64,000 bases of DNA from Iphione sp. A-MEVVRFRX5 (lineage: Eukaryota). The notes under the pieces are model-generated. The model had not been told where the DNA came from. It did no database searches and was given only the letters and a program-made list of their open reading frames with translations. Positions within the stretch are counted from its first letter, which is position 1. Each line of letters starts with the position of its first letter. A program made the position numbers and the translations under genes. The stretch is from positions 49,662,001 to 49,726,000 of the forward strand of contig OZ320323.1 in assembly GCA_976226885.1 (NCBI GenBank). The letters run 5' to 3'. Of the stretch, positions 22,652-36,660 are shown in pieces.

Positions 22652-25600
22652 GGGGGAGGGAGTCAGGGAGGCAGGGAGGCAGGGAAGTAGGATACGTAGT
22701 GTGTGGTAACCTTCTATCCCTGGTCTATTTCTCTTTGGCTCTGTTTCTGAATCTCAACCACCCTCTGATTTGTCTTTCCCTGTCCCCTCCGTCTCAATCT
22801 GTCTTTGTGTCTTTCCGATATATTTTATTTCGCTCCAATCTCTTCAATTTCACCTCATCTTCCCACTGCTTCCCAGTGTAAGAACTTTCTTATGCGGATT
22901 ACGATCTGAACTCTAATATCCCACTGTATAAACCCAATCAACATTTTACACAATGCATATCAATCTTCCTATAGTTACGTGTGCAAACTTTTTGGCCAAG
23001 AGCTACGGAGTATTAGCAGAAAAAAATCGTCGAGAGCAATGAAACCGGTCGAAGAGAACCTTACATGATACTTTTTCTTGGCATACACACAACGGCGTAT
23101 AGAACTGTGGGCTGCTTCTGCTGCTTCGGTCGAGTGGTGATGTATTAGAACTGTTTAACATATCGAAAGTCACTTCTCCTACGACTTAAACCTGACAGAC
23201 AGTAAGACCTCATCATGCCCCCCCCACCATACATGGCATACATCTACACAGGTTCAATCTCGTGAAATATATAAATAGAGACAGTATAACTCCATGTGTA
23301 GGCGCATATAGGAGCCCCCCAGCCGCCTATACACACGTACCGCCTCCGCTCCAGCTGAATGTAAGCAAGCCAAATTCTACAAGGAAACAGAAGGAATCGC
23401 TAATTCGTGTCAGATTTACAGTTCTGGTTTATAATGAAACAGAAACATTTCTAGTTCATAATGAAGCAGAATTAATAGTTGTATAAAACCAACGAAACTC
23501 TTTGAAAAGAATAAATTTTGGTTAACGAGGACTACTATCACTTGAATTCCAATGGAATCTGGCCACTAAAAAACCTAGTTAAGCCAATGATGGGCAAGCA
23601 TCTCATACCGTCTCAATTGCAGTCAGCAAAATATTCAACATGTAGACAGTATGGCCACCGCCAGAGAACGCTAATTCTATCAGTACCAGTTCGAATAGAC
23701 GCCAGTATTCGGGCACCTCCCCCCAACAGGCACACTGCACTGACATCTGTATGTAAGGAGAGAGAACTACAAGTGCCTCTGTACAGGAAAGAATGGTCCC
23801 GCCCCCCACAGACAAGAGATGTGGTTAGAATGCGTAACATGTGAAACGCTGAAAACATGATTTTCCGTCATATTTCTCGCCCACTCGTCCAAAAAAACCA
23901 AACAAACGTATTTCAAGAAAGAGTTTTGAAGAGAGCCCCCCTTGACAGCAGGGCATACTGTTTCTGGATGGATTTATGCTCGCTTTGTTTGACATCTGTG
24001 CGCTAGCTTACAGAATAGGGTTTAAAAAAAAGAAATGGCACATATACATGTACATGTATAGTGCTTACACGGCGTTACAACGTGTTGAAAAATAGAATGC
24101 CTTTCAGTTGTGGCATAAAATGTCAGTTCATGTACTACATCAATCATAACTATGAATTGTCTGCTACTGAGGCCAGTTTTACAAAAAAACACTCTGCCTG
24201 TTAGTCGTGAAGTACTGGTAGTCATGATGGCACTTTGAGTTTGAAACAGTTTTATTCAGACTACAATGTCGTCACGAATGATATTTTTCAAAAGTAGTTC
24301 ACAACTTAATCGAACAGAGAATACTGTGGCTGTCAGTTTACTATTATATAAATATATATACATATACGTCAAACTTGCTCTAAGCCAGTATTCCGAGGCA
24401 AATAATGACCCTTTCCCTGTTATTTTCCATCATGACGTGCAGCTCTACTGTAAAGCTGGTATTATGTATCTTAAATGTATTTAATTGATGCTCTTTCAAC
24501 ACGCTGCATAGAACACACTAAAATCTGACAAATAAGTGGCAACAGGGTAACCTACCCTTATTACATTTTACTGTTTTCAATTGAAAAAGCAGCGTTTATA
24601 GTGACAAGATAACCGTACAAAATATGCACTCCCCTAAAAAAACAGAAGAAAGTCTAATTTCATGCCTGAGAAGTTTTTAATTTCTGAAGCAAAACTAAAT
24701 AACTGTATTATGCTATATTTAGCGTGGTGTGTGAGGTAAATATACACAATTGTGAAATGGCTGCATTCTAATTATCCATAAGTTTTACAGGACGCACCCG
24801 AAAATAGAGAGATTGAAAGAGAAAGGAACATTATACATATTCTTCTGGTCCTAACTACGGTCCTAATACTCATCCCACTGTTTTGTTTTCTATGTACGTT
24901 CGGTATTAAGTACTCCAGGTAATAATGCCAAGTCAGCTATAAGAGGATCGCTAACAGTTCATGCCTGGTTTTGGTCCTATTCGAGGTCTAGTGTTATAGC
25001 CTCGAGACTTATAAACACTGGATCGAGTGACCTGTAGGGCAGTAGTGTTGGCGCTGGGAATTAGCATGTTGTTATAGCTGAACCATAACAATATATCGTT
25101 CTTTACTAACATTCCAAGGCGCCATGATTGTTGGCGTCGCTGCCAAGATTCTTTAACACGTAATGTAAAGGCAACGTTCTTCTTGTATTGTACGAACGTG
25201 TATATTTAAATCTTCGGGATCAATCCTCTTATTAAAAGTAGCACACATACCCAAAGCCATAATAGATCTAATGTTCTTTATATTGCACATGCCGCCTCTA
25301 TTCAGGATTTTGTATAGTACTGAGCATATGTACTTGTTATTATGTTATTTATAATATTATTATGTTCTTATTTATGTTATGTATTGGCCGTTATGAATGT
25401 GTTTGTAATACATGTACACGTGTACAGGCTGTTCTCCTTTACCCAGACTGGTCTGTTCAGTGATGTTTTTATACGGTCATCTGCTTACTCTTAGGTATGA
25501 AATTTTTCTGTAACTAGTCATATATTTTAAAATAAATGCACATTTTTGTACAAGTATATGGGTAGTCTATACACATGTACGTTGGATATTTCTGGAAAAT

Positions 25601-28600
25601 GTTATAATAACAAGAGGATGGGGTCTATCAAATATGACCTCAGACTCCATAAACTACTAAGATTTCAATTTTACATTATCACCGATATCTATGAGAATTA
25701 GCTATCAGTGAAAAATATGCCATTGTGTAGGTATCGAGCCTCTATCTGCGTGGACGTGAGGGTCAAACGATATTAAAGAAAAGACAAAAGAGAAATATGC
25801 ATAACTCATAACACCTTGCAAGAAAGGTATCGTTTTAGCATTGACGTGTCTCTCTCGACTTAAACATTGACACTTCTCAGGTTAAACAAAGTCAGACTTA
25901 CTATGGCACGAGTATATGACTTCAATTTGACCCACCTGTACCAAACCACAAGCTAACTCGATTCTAGACGAGAGGTTTGAAGTGGCAAGAAAGCAAACCT
26001 CCCTATTCGTTTGTCAGATGGATACTAAGGTTCATCGGTCAATATGTCTTCATTTTAAGTGTTAATATTTCTCCATAGAGTGAGAATTGCATTTCCTTAT
26101 TATGCCTGATACAAGTTTGTTACACAGTACTGTCTTGTGGAGATGTTGACAATGATAAGGCTGGGTTTCCATGTATATGCGTAGGCATATAGATTTTTTT
26201 CTTAACAATGTTTTCCAATGAAAGATTAATCCTTTGTTAACCTGATAGCTGTTGTATGCATGCTGTGGAGTGTGTTTCCACTGTATATTCTTTTTACATG
26301 TCTGTTCATAATGATAGTCCCTCCAAAACAAAATGCTGAAAACATGTGCCACACTCATGGTGAAATGGAATGATTCCCATTCTAAAAAACAATATGCACA
26401 GACATGTTTCACATCTCATCGCCCATGCCATGAACATGAAAATGTGTATACAATGTATTTGTGTATGCCTAAAAAACATGCTTCAAATACACTTACACAC
26501 CTCATGCTTACATATTTACATGGAAACCCAGCTTTAGTCCAGTTCAATTCAAGGTCCTATACAGAGAAGTAGCATGGTTCCCTTATATATTTTTGTGTAT
26601 AATAATAAAGCAGACGATATTTTGGATTTAGATTGTGAGTGAATAATCAATAACAGGCGAATGCCTTGTTTCTAATGAACTAATGAACCTTTCCTAGGAA
26701 TGTCAAGTTATTGTTCAATAATGAATGTACTGAAATACAATACTGTCCTTTAGAAATACACTACATTAATCACTTACCAAAAATCTCTATCAACGGGCAC
26801 TTGTTGGAGCACTCTAGATACACATTAATTTAAAATGACAAAAACTACTGACAGTTCTGTGCGCCCCCCATATTCATTCACCGAGCACCTGGCGTCATCC
26901 CAGGGAACTAATATGGCAGCTAATAATCAACAATATGCCTATTGCAGATACAGCTACACTTTAAGCCTCTGACTCTTACAAAATTGTTTTGTGTTTGCCT
27001 CACAATCTAAAAAAAGACCTGTCATTAGTGAGGTGAATATATTATGTCATAAATGGGATGTCATTCTTTGACATGGGGAAAATGTCCACTTTTCAGTCTA
27101 CACTATGTTTTACATCCATGCATCTGCCCCCCCCCCCCCCAGCGTAAGATTCATCCTGAAATGTAACATTGTAAGCTTGTCTTCCAATCTCAAAGTCCTA
27201 AAAGTCTTCCAAGACTGGGTGTAAGTGCGAGTCCACACCCTATATGAGAGATAGCAGTGAACGTTTGACAAAAGGGAGTTCAGTGGGGGGAAAAGCGCAA
27301 ACCTGTAAACGCTATTACAGAACTACAAATCAAACCTCAGCCTGGGGAAGGGCAGGGGGTTAAAGACACCACAGGGCTCACTGAGCCTCATGTCAGTGGC
27401 CAAAAACGCCAATTTTTAAAACCACTTTGGGATTTTAGTTCGGGGAAGTAATTCATACAGTTGACTCTCTCAGTTAGAGGCGTGCACCAGACAAAAACCT
27501 TTTCATGTAGAAATGTGCGCTAGATGTCAAAGGTATCTTGTTACACTAAGGAGCTGATATATGGCCTATCTAGAAAGCGTATCAGTGTGTTATCAGGTGG
27601 TTTATCGGCTGCCTTTACACCTCTCTGAAGTAAGCCTCAAGTGGAATCTATCTCACAAGTAGCTTGTAAACTAAGCTGTCTGTTATTGAGGAAAGATTTG
27701 GACCATGCTGAGGATATACTGGGACCATAACATGAGTCTTGAGGGGAAAAACACCCATCAGTTTGCTCCGTCTCAAACCGTAGCTATAACGCGGAGGGTG
27801 AAGCTTCAAAAGAAGTTCTGTTTCTGGTAACAAAGAGGGTCGGTCGGTAGGACACTTTTTTTAATTTTTTTATTATGTTAATGTGTCCTGATAGCAACAA
27901 ATGTATATGGTACTATCACTTCTAAAGCTTAAATCGTAATAAAACATGTCTCATATGAAAGCTAATGGTCTAAGGAATAAAATGGCCTCATTATATGAGT
28001 CTCTACATTTATTCATTCTGAAATTATTCAAACAAACAAGAGAAAAAATAAAAAGTTACAATTGGCTCCAATGGAGGGTCCGTCAGGCTACCAGAAAGAC
28101 AGAATCTTTTTTTATTAGGCCGTAGCCAATCACAAAGGCACCCTCCTTTTGAGGTTGACATCTCCATTGGACTCGGGAGACGTACCAAAGGTTATTATTA
28201 GCATTAAAGCAAACACCTCTGTCTCTTTAGACAGGAGGAGCATCGAGTCACGAGTGACTGCAAACAGAGACGAGAGCCGTATGGTATAGTATGCAACCGT
28301 GTTGAAATGTCCAGCTTGAAGCCGGTACTACGTTCAGCGGATGTGTTAACGGTAGCGTGTAAACCAGTGCGTTATTTGGACTAAGATAACGAAGTTTGGG
28401 CCAGTTTCAATATGATATTTAGGTTTAAGTTTAATGGTTGCACTAATTAAGTGCACTTATTACACTTGAACCCGAAGCCGGACTCACGCAAGGGGATTCT
28501 CAGAACATGAATCACACCGTTATCCTTCCCTCCCTTCCACCCCTCCTCCTCTCCCCCCCTGGAGGCTCATTCAACCCCCCTCCCCAACGCGGCCCTACGT

Positions 28601-30449
28601 AAAACATGCCCAGTTCTTTAGAAACCCACCACCTGCAGATCTACCTGCAGATCTCCATGTGGGAAGGTCAGAGGTACCACAGCCTATCGGCTATTTTTTA
28701 CGAAGTGAAATTGTTTTTTTTTTAACACTACTGACGCCATTGATGATGCTGCTGGCCATGCAAACGTCAGCATTTGGTTATACTGGCAAAAGAATCGCCG
28801 TTATCGACGCAACTTCCATTTTAACGTAGCATCTCCTCCTCGTTTCAACATTGGCTGTTAATATATCGGAACACCATGCTGAGCGACATGTTACAGAACA
28901 TTCTTTTTGTTCTGTGTTGTTATAAATATACGTGACAATTTTTGTTACCCGCACTGTAACCTGTGTAATGCTATATAGATGATTAATAAACGTATTCAAA
29001 TGCAAATTCAAATATTACTTGAAAATACCAAAGGAAGGAATAATTTCATATTCAAAAAATGTATGGAGGCTGAGGACGATTTGAGAAATTAGTATGAGGG
29101 CAAGAGGGGAGAAAAGTATTAAAATATCTACGTTACATTCATGGTAATTTTATATCCTTTTATACATGAAATATACGGTCAACTCTCATCGTTCGTGGAT
29201 CAATCGTGTGTCATTGTAAATATCGGCTATAAAGACGGTTCAGTAATAAAACGTATTTTTATCGCTGCATAAATGGTAGGCGGATGGTGAGGGAGGAGCT
29301 GAACAGCATGCAGGTACGGCCTTGGTTAACAAAGCCTCTCACAACGTGAACCCCTTTATAGCAGCGAACTCGGCATCCTAAACTGAGTTCGCGGCTAGAG
29401 GTCATCTTTTACAAAACTTTTATTTTCACAAGGATTAACTAAAACAAGAGAGTTTGACCTTCAAGGTCGTATCTATTGTCCCCCGCCTCTAGCACCTGTC
29501 ACTACACTTGCATAATGAATTACATGCCTGTATATATGCCTGAGTGCATGCAGTTGATCGACAATGTTCCATTCCAAATAGTGTGTGTGTATGTCTGTAT
29601 TTCTGAGTGTAATATATCACAAACGAGTACAGTATGAGCCTAGTAGCCTTGTGAACTCGTACCATATCTACCATATAATCATATCATCTTTAAATTACTT
29701 CAAATGAAATATCTAAAAAGCCAGTAGTCTGTGTGTAACACAGTACTATTAGCAGTAAGGTGATGTATGCATGAAAATGGATGTACTGTGTATGTAAAGT
29801 GCATAGATATAAGTTGTAAGAATGGCTTTTAACTAAGACACAGTTGAAAATTTTTTGTTGGCGTACGTGACACCACACAGTTGTAAATGTATCCATTCCT
29901 TATCTTAGTAATGAGGTGATGATTAGGATTAACACGCAGAAGCCTTTAATGAACATTCGATCCTACCCCTGGATGGAACTAAGACAATGGGTAGTTAATC
30001 TTGTATTGTCTCAAGGACATCCATTGAGATATGCAATGAGTTTCACATAGCTTTGATAGCGTGCTTGCATCACTAATGTGTATATAAGTAAGGAGTTGCG
30101 CTTCCCTGGTGGGACCTGCTTGTGAACAACTGTGAAACCTGTGCTGTGCTCTGCAATAAAGGCCTGATGAGAAGAACCTATGTGTGGTGTATTTATTGTT
30201 ACATGTGTCCATATAGATGAATGCGATATCAAACTCCCAATTCATTTGACCTAAGGGAACCGAAGTTACAAAACCCACAAGGTTGTGATGGAAGGTTAAA
30301 AGGTCAGCCAGCAGTGATCGTTAAGTCTCCCGCTCCTCTTCGACGTAGGGAACAAATAAATGCAAACATGTCTCCGATAAAGAAGTTTTCAACAATGAAG
30401 TCATTTTGAAGAAAACATCGAATTCCATAACTGAGATATTCCTGTAATG

Positions 30450-30802
30450 ACAAGAGTGTGGAGCTGCAAGGTCTATTGTCCGACACCTGAGTGGCCATTT
30501 CATGCTTGATTGCACCTCCCTTGATCAAAATGCTACAAGGTGGTGTCTTTGTGGAAGGGTGCGTACTGGTGAGTGTGTGTGCATGTGTGTGAATGCATTG
30601 TCACAACAGAATTTCACCAACATTTGTGTTACTACCAAAATTGTCCAGTGCCATGGATCAATATATATAAATATCATATATCAAAACCAGTTTATTTGAC
30701 TGAAAGATTTTAGAGTTATATGACCCACAAGGATGTGACTGAAGGACGACAGTTGGACAGCAACATTTCTAAGACCCCCGTCTATGAAAGGGGGGGGACA
30801 AA
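30450..30802 (-). mobile_element. HINE/DINE-1-like element, copy C, ending ~60 bp from the proximal EF-hand exon donor
   Basis: ACAAGAGTGTGGAGCTGCAAGGTCTATTGTCC...GTGGCCATTTCATGCTTGATTGCACC...(GT)n...TCTATGAAAGGGGGGGGACAA. Confidence 0.7.
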
Positions 30803-30864
30803 TATTAAACTGCAAAGATAAAAAAAAAATAAACAAACTAATGAAAAGAAATGAGTATCTTTAC

Positions 30865-31265
30865 CTCCCGGGGGAGATGAGGTAGTAGCCCAAGTCAAGG
30901 TCTGCTACGAATGCCTCCCATGCACGGATCGCATCGTGGGGGTCGCGTGGCGCAAATGGCCGACGTGACGACGGCGACGACGACGATGAGTAGGCGTCGA
31001 AACTGGACGCCCGTGACGACGGCGGGGTCGTCCGGCGCGCGAAAATGGAGGTAACACTGGCAAAACCAGAGCGAAAGTCTTCCTTTCCGATCCTGCCATC
31101 TCCATCCTGGTCAAGCTCGGCGAAAACGTCGGCGAATTCGGCGTCTGTGAGGTCAAGGTCGTTGCAGAGGTCGCGCAGCTGCGAGCGTTCGATGAAACCG
31201 GAACCACTCGGGTCGTAAGCGGCAAAAATGGCCTCCACCTGCTGGTCGGCCACGGAATTCGCCAT
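30865..31265 (-). CDS. RASEF: RASEF proximal first coding exon, EF-hand pair B (loops DPSGSGFIERSQ, DQDGDGRIGKED), phase 2
   Basis: ATG-initiated 133 codons; two EF-hand motifs; RAWEAFVADL resembles RASEF RAWQDFQARL (recalled); donor AG|gtaaag joins 11301 in frame. Confidence 0.92.
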
Positions 31266-31315
31266 TTCAATCGGAACCGGAAGTAGGCAAAATTCCCAGT
31301 GAGGGTTTAGTTCTG
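31266..31315 (-). promoter_or_regulatory. Likely TSS-proximal/5'UTR region of EF-B exon with ETS-like CCGGAAGT site; also an in-frame cryptic acceptor at 31313-31315
   Basis: CCGGAAGT at ~31277-31284 (plus strand); minus strand cctttcacag|AA CTA AAC... has no stop before the ATG. Confidence 0.4.
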
Positions 31316-33595
31316 TGAAAGGTCACTTTTAATCATTTTCTTCCGGTATATATGTGTGCGTGTTCCTTCCGACTTCAGACATCCAATGCTATTAAATCAA
31401 TGTATATTATGTAATATTAGATCCATAGGTCATATGATGTCCACACCGTGTCGTGAAAATACAATGAAAATGGGGATGGTGAAGATATGTTTCGCTTTTA
31501 TCTGCTCAAAAAGCTTTATTCCAAACTAGTGTACATGTAATAGATGTGTTTCCTTACTTCAAGGAAAGCCCTCCAGGGTGTAATTTCTTGGCGTAGTAAT
31601 CAATCCGTCCCATGGGACAGTTAAAGTACACTACATGCACTCTCGAAAATAGATCCTCGTGCGTTCGTGTGCAAACAGAGCCGACTCTTAAAAACCAATT
31701 TATGACTCCGACTCTTTAAGCACGATCCGCACCCACTGGCCGACCGTCCGTCCGTCTACCTTGATCCTGCCTCACACACGAATAATCAGATTCCTTCAGC
31801 TAGTTCGTCTCTCTCTCCCTCAAAGACAAAGAGAGGCTGTCTCATCGAGTCTCGCGGGAGAGGTCCATACAGCCAGCGACTCCGAGGTGAAGGGGTTAAG
31901 CGGCTCAGATCAAACATGGCGCCCACTGATCCTTCAAGCCTGTTTGGCCTCTAATGTCAGGTAATCTGAAGATTATACCACCAGGCAGGTATACACGCTC
32001 CAGTGTCTCTCTCTCTGTGTGTACACATGTGTACATGTATGCGGGCTGGGCCAGAGCTCGAGGGGGGCGGGGGGGCAGGGGGGAGGGGGATGGTCCTCTC
32101 TGTAGGTGAGTAGACTGCAGGCCAGGCTCTTCTATTCAGTCCACTTGACGGAGGTCGTCTATGTGGGATCCGTTGTCTTCTACTCAAGAATTATGCGTTG
32201 CATGGCCTTCAGGTAATCCAGGGCCTTCAGCAATGAACTACTCAGACAATAGAGCCACCCCCTCCTGCTCCTGCTCCTCCTCCTTCTGCCAGGTTAACCT
32301 CTCCAGTACACGTACATACGTACACGCCCTCATGTCTGTTACCTAAGCGAACCTGGAACTGTGCAACCGCTGAACTTATATCTGTGTGGGTGTATGCACT
32401 CGTATACTTGTATGAATGGTGGTTTATGTTTGTTTCTGGAGTAGCTTTTCTTATGTAATTAATCTGATATGCAACGATTAGAAACTTTTAAAAACTGTCA
32501 TGCTCACGTGCCCTGTTCACCATGGAGTATATGTGTGTGCTTGTACAATATCGTTTACAGCTTTATTATACTATATTATATACATATATACTAAGTATAT
32601 AGCCTACGGGAACTGTTGCAATGTCTGGAGACTTTCACAAATGAAAACGATGATATCAATATGCTGTTCGTATGTGTTTTACTGGAAGCTTGCTGCAGAG
32701 GCTTCCACAAACATGATATACGTGAACAAAATACGCGTCTCTCTCGTGTGTGGTTATCAGTGAAGATTGTTTGGGGGCTTTCACAAAATAGAGATGATAA
32801 TTCCTTTCGTGAGTGTGTGTGTGTGTGTGTCCACGTGTGTGCGTGCGTTTGTGTGTGCGTGTGGGTGGGTGTGCTAGTAGATCTGCCGCTAATTATCCAC
32901 GGTCCTACGCGTATGTAAATGAGCTTGTGTGCTTTTATCTTCGCTTATTTCGATGGACCTGTGCGTTTGTCTTGGTGTGTGTGTATGTGTGCGTGTATGT
33001 GCGTGTGAAAGTGCGTCCATGTCCATAAAGTAGGCCTTGGTCCAGTGCGCCACGATGTTCTAGCCTATGTGCCTTGATGTGGTATCAGTAACACCATCTG
33101 GCACTGCGTCCGTAATTGCATTTTAAACACATAAATGACACTGTCCAGGTCATTTCGTTCGAGCGGGACTAAAAGAAATGCCTTTTGTGTTGCTACCCTG
33201 GGCTCGCCAGCGAAGAGCCCGCCATTTTTCCTGGATCGGTCGCGCCACCTGTCCGTCGTTCCTGGAAGCAGAGGCGCAGCGCCCTGCGCGGAGGGGAGCG
33301 ACAATCTGAACTACATTTTTTCGTCACTTTTTTTTCCACCCTCGGACGAAACAAACCTGCCGGACTGAGTTTTTCACACTTTCACACGATCCCGTAACGA
33401 GCGTGCACCCCTTTTATCCAGTTGTGAAGAGTGCTCTTCAGTAGTTCAGTACATTGTAAGCCATCTCCGACGGGTAAACCAATATAGGGGATCCTTGGTA
33501 TGTGGAATAACGACCAGGCCTTGCAGGCGCCTGTACAACAAGTAATGTGTTTATTAACTGCCGCTTAGTCCAGGTGGTTCTATAAGCTTGGACTT

Positions 33596-33656
33596 TGGTG
33601 GTGGTGCTGCTGCTGGCGGTGGCGGTGGTGGTGGTGGTGGTGGCGGTGGTGGTGGT
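33596..33656. repeat. Interrupted (GGT/GGC)n trinucleotide repeat
   Basis: GGTGGTGGTGCTGCTGCTGGCGGTGGCGGT(GGT)n. Confidence 0.9.
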
Positions 33657-33658
33657 AC

Positions 33659-33810
33659 CCCTCCTGGTTGAAAGGTTGGAAGGCGGTGGTCGGAAAGAGC
33701 CGGCCATTGTGAAGCATATTCATGGAGGAGGCCACAGCTGAGAGAATATCGACCTGCCGTGTTGGACGTGGTCGCGAGGTGGGCTCATCCTCATCATAGG
33801 GGTGGTTCAT
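33659..33810 (-). CDS. Candidate alternative first exon (MNHPYDEDEPTSRPRPTRQVDILSAVASSMNMLHNGRLFPTTAFQPFNQE), phase 2
   Basis: GC-rich 50-codon ORF with purine at -3; weak donor GG|gtacca. Confidence 0.33.
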
Positions 33811-35381
33811 TTCATCAAGGGGGGCAGGGGTGGGGGAGACAGAGAGGAGGTGGGGGGGGGGGTCTTTAACAGTATTCCAATGAAATCACTTTATGCTTGT
33901 TTTTCCTGCAGATCATTTTGGGCGTGGTAATGTACAGGGAAATACCTTGTTGCACATCTAATTCCGACCTTGCTATTAATTACTACTGCTTAAAGTTCTT
34001 TTCATTAAGTGTAGAAATACTTGTACATATTAGGTATGTTTTTGTTCAAATGCAAGTATTCTGTCATATTCGGGGTTTTACACTTTGTCCCATGCCCATC
34101 ACCGTGTTGTTATATGACACCATAAGGTCACCATAAAAGTGACGTTATCAAAAACAAATACGCCCCCCTCCCCAAGAATGATCTCTATACGTGCCCGACA
34201 ACTGCACCAGGTCTGCGCGTGCTTTCTCCCTCGGTGCCCCACGTTATGAAATGATCACGGGCCCCCGACCGTTGCCAGATGCCGTACGTCAACTTTAGAA
34301 CGTCAATGAGCGCGCTAAGATAACATGTGCGCATGACAGGCTAGTTGAACACCTTGTTAGCATATCAGTTCAAATCCATACGCAACCTCATCTTAGACCT
34401 CCACATGTATTATTAAGGGCAGTATATTATAACATAATATGCAGACCAACGCAGAGTTTAGTGCCATTGAGGACATTAAATGTGTTCCCTACTGAGAATG
34501 GGCGTGTCGCTAATTGAAAAAGGCAATAAAGTGGCATTTGTTCAAAAAGGTGACTACCTGTATGGGTGATATATCTGCATACAGTTTCCAGCTTTAACAT
34601 AAAAAAGGTAATGGTTCAATGGTGGATCGGGCAGGGCACGCAAGAGAAAGGCGGATATCCTATTAAAAAGGAAGGACAGGAGATGTCATTCAGACAGAGG
34701 AAGAGACAGAAAAACTAGAGAGACGAGAGTCAGAAGGGATGATATGACAAGGGAGAAAATGAGAAGTATGTACTATGAAAAATGTGTGGGAAGTATACTG
34801 GAAACACCTCTTTCTGGACATTACCAGTTGGGGTGTTTCCACGTTTGTATGTTCTTCAGTGTCTCTGTCTACCTGTCTATCTGTAGGTCTGTCTGTATGG
34901 ATGTGTCATGGAAATCTCCTGGGAATTCAGCCAAATCTGTGTAAATTGTGGTTTCTGGGGCAAACCTCATGGACATCGAACCAAATCTGTGTAAAAAGCC
35001 ACACACAAGCTAGGTACAACGGAAGTGTCACACACACACACAAACACAAGCCTGAACCCCAACACTATCCTGTGCTACTTGTGCATGGTGGGTGTATAAA
35101 ACATTTAGACCTTTCTCATTTTTGACATCACAAAATACACACGAGAACAACACATTTTTTATGTGGTAAGTCCTCTACCATTTTGTTTCTTAAAAACGAG
35201 AATACACACAGCCATGGAAACGCACCTGTCTATTTAATTATGAATAGTATAGAAAGCTTCTAATCAGGACACCCTAGGCTCTTTCCCAAATTGTCCCTCA
35301 ATAAGACACGTTCCTATAGGAGACTTCTTTTAACATATAAAACAAATAGAGTCTGTTTTTTAAGTGTCCCTAATAGAGGTA

Positions 35382-35528
35382 CAGTTGAACCCCTATTTGC
35401 AACCACTAATGTGGTCGTAAATAGGATATCAAATGTATAGAAATAAACATTTCAGTACCCATCCCAGGTGGATGCAATTTATAGACAATGGACGCAAAAC
35501 GATGTGGTCACAAATAGGGTTTCGACTG
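35382..35528. mobile_element. TA-flanked MITE with ~25-bp imperfect TIRs
   Basis: TA|CAGTTGAACCCCTATTTGCAACCAC...GTGGTCACAAATAGGGTTTCGACTG|TA. Confidence 0.8.
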
Positions 35529-36601
35529 TATGGACCTATTGGTGACTTCACCCCAAGCTTTCCACTGTAAAGTGACGGAGCTCTTAATGAAACCGGCCCA
35601 TGAACCTTCCTCACCTAAACATACCAAATTTAGTAAAATATATGTATTTCCTTATCTCTTTTTCAACCTCACTGGAATAAGAAATCTGAATTATTCCTAA
35701 AACTAACTTTCACCTTTCTTCACGTGTTGTGTCGAGTGCACCCCACGTGTTGGTTCATCCAGTTCCGCGTAGGAATGTAAAGATATCGATTAGATCATGA
35801 TGGTTTCACAGAAATTTACCCCACAGACTTGACGTCATAGCATCTGTTCTACTACACCCGCAGATGACTTATACAAAAGAAATATCGATTTTTTGTTTCT
35901 TCTTCTTTCCTGGATGAGGACAACGTATTTTTCTATACCCGGCACAGTTAAAGCGTAGTAAAGTATTAGGGGAGAAAAGGAGAAATGTAAAACGTTTTGT
36001 AAAATGTAAAACGTTGAGCGACCAAATGTTACTCGGTAAATTATATCGCTGGCGAGTGACCTTCACTGATGTCTCCAATAGTAATAGATTAAAAAAGACG
36101 GAAAGGAAATGAACAGAGTTCGATCCATAGGTTAAAAAAAATTGTGAACTAAAGACGTCTAAACTTCATGAACTAAACTGGTACACAGTTTATTGACACG
36201 ATCATTTCAGGTTGTGTAAAGTAGTGTCACGAAATGTTGGTACATGGCAATGCCTGATGTGAACAGTTGAAAAAATAGATTTTCGATTTAGGTACATGAA
36301 ATCTTACACGTTATCTCATGATGCTGACTGCCTATGTTTTGTTTTTGAAATTACGTGTTGAAATTTTTTACTAGATGTCTCTAACATGGACACGAACTCC
36401 GCTGGAGACAATTTCGTGAAAACACCTATATAATTAACTCATTCATTAAAACTTCTTATTATCCTGTTTGAAATGATAAGTGCATGTATATCACTTATAC
36501 CCTGATTATTTTTTCCCATGAAATGAACATAACAGCCTGTACTATAGACATGGAACATGTCAGGGGAGGCTAGTTCCAGTAAATTTTACTAGGAAGCGTA
36601 C

Positions 36602-36660
36602 GTGTCCTCGGCGGTGTCCGCATCAGGGCGCCACCGCCGGCTGTCAGCTGAACTACGCAT
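36602..36660 (-). CDS. Candidate alternative first exon (MRSSADSRRWRPDADTAED), phase 2
   Basis: ACTATG context; CpG-rich patch that ends exactly at donor AC|gtacgc; 59 nt = 19 codons + 2. Confidence 0.45.

Noticed and set aside
21911-22709. Long ORFs in the track around 22 kb (also 18936-19379, 48123-48326)
   Set aside because: Artefacts of translating N gaps.
33197-33225. MAGSSLASP(G) phase-2 start exon candidate in a CpG-rich patch
   Set aside because: Good ATG context but poor donor (GG|gtagca); may be promoter sequence only.
34288-34334. MRTCYLSALIDVLKL(T) phase-2 start exon candidate
   Set aside because: Frame-compatible but short, donor AC|gtacgg only moderate, no independent support.
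35615-35622. ATG TTT AG|gtgagg, a phase-2 micro start exon
   Set aside because: Only 8 coding nt in AT-rich context; shows how easily phase-2 ATG/donor pairs arise by chance.
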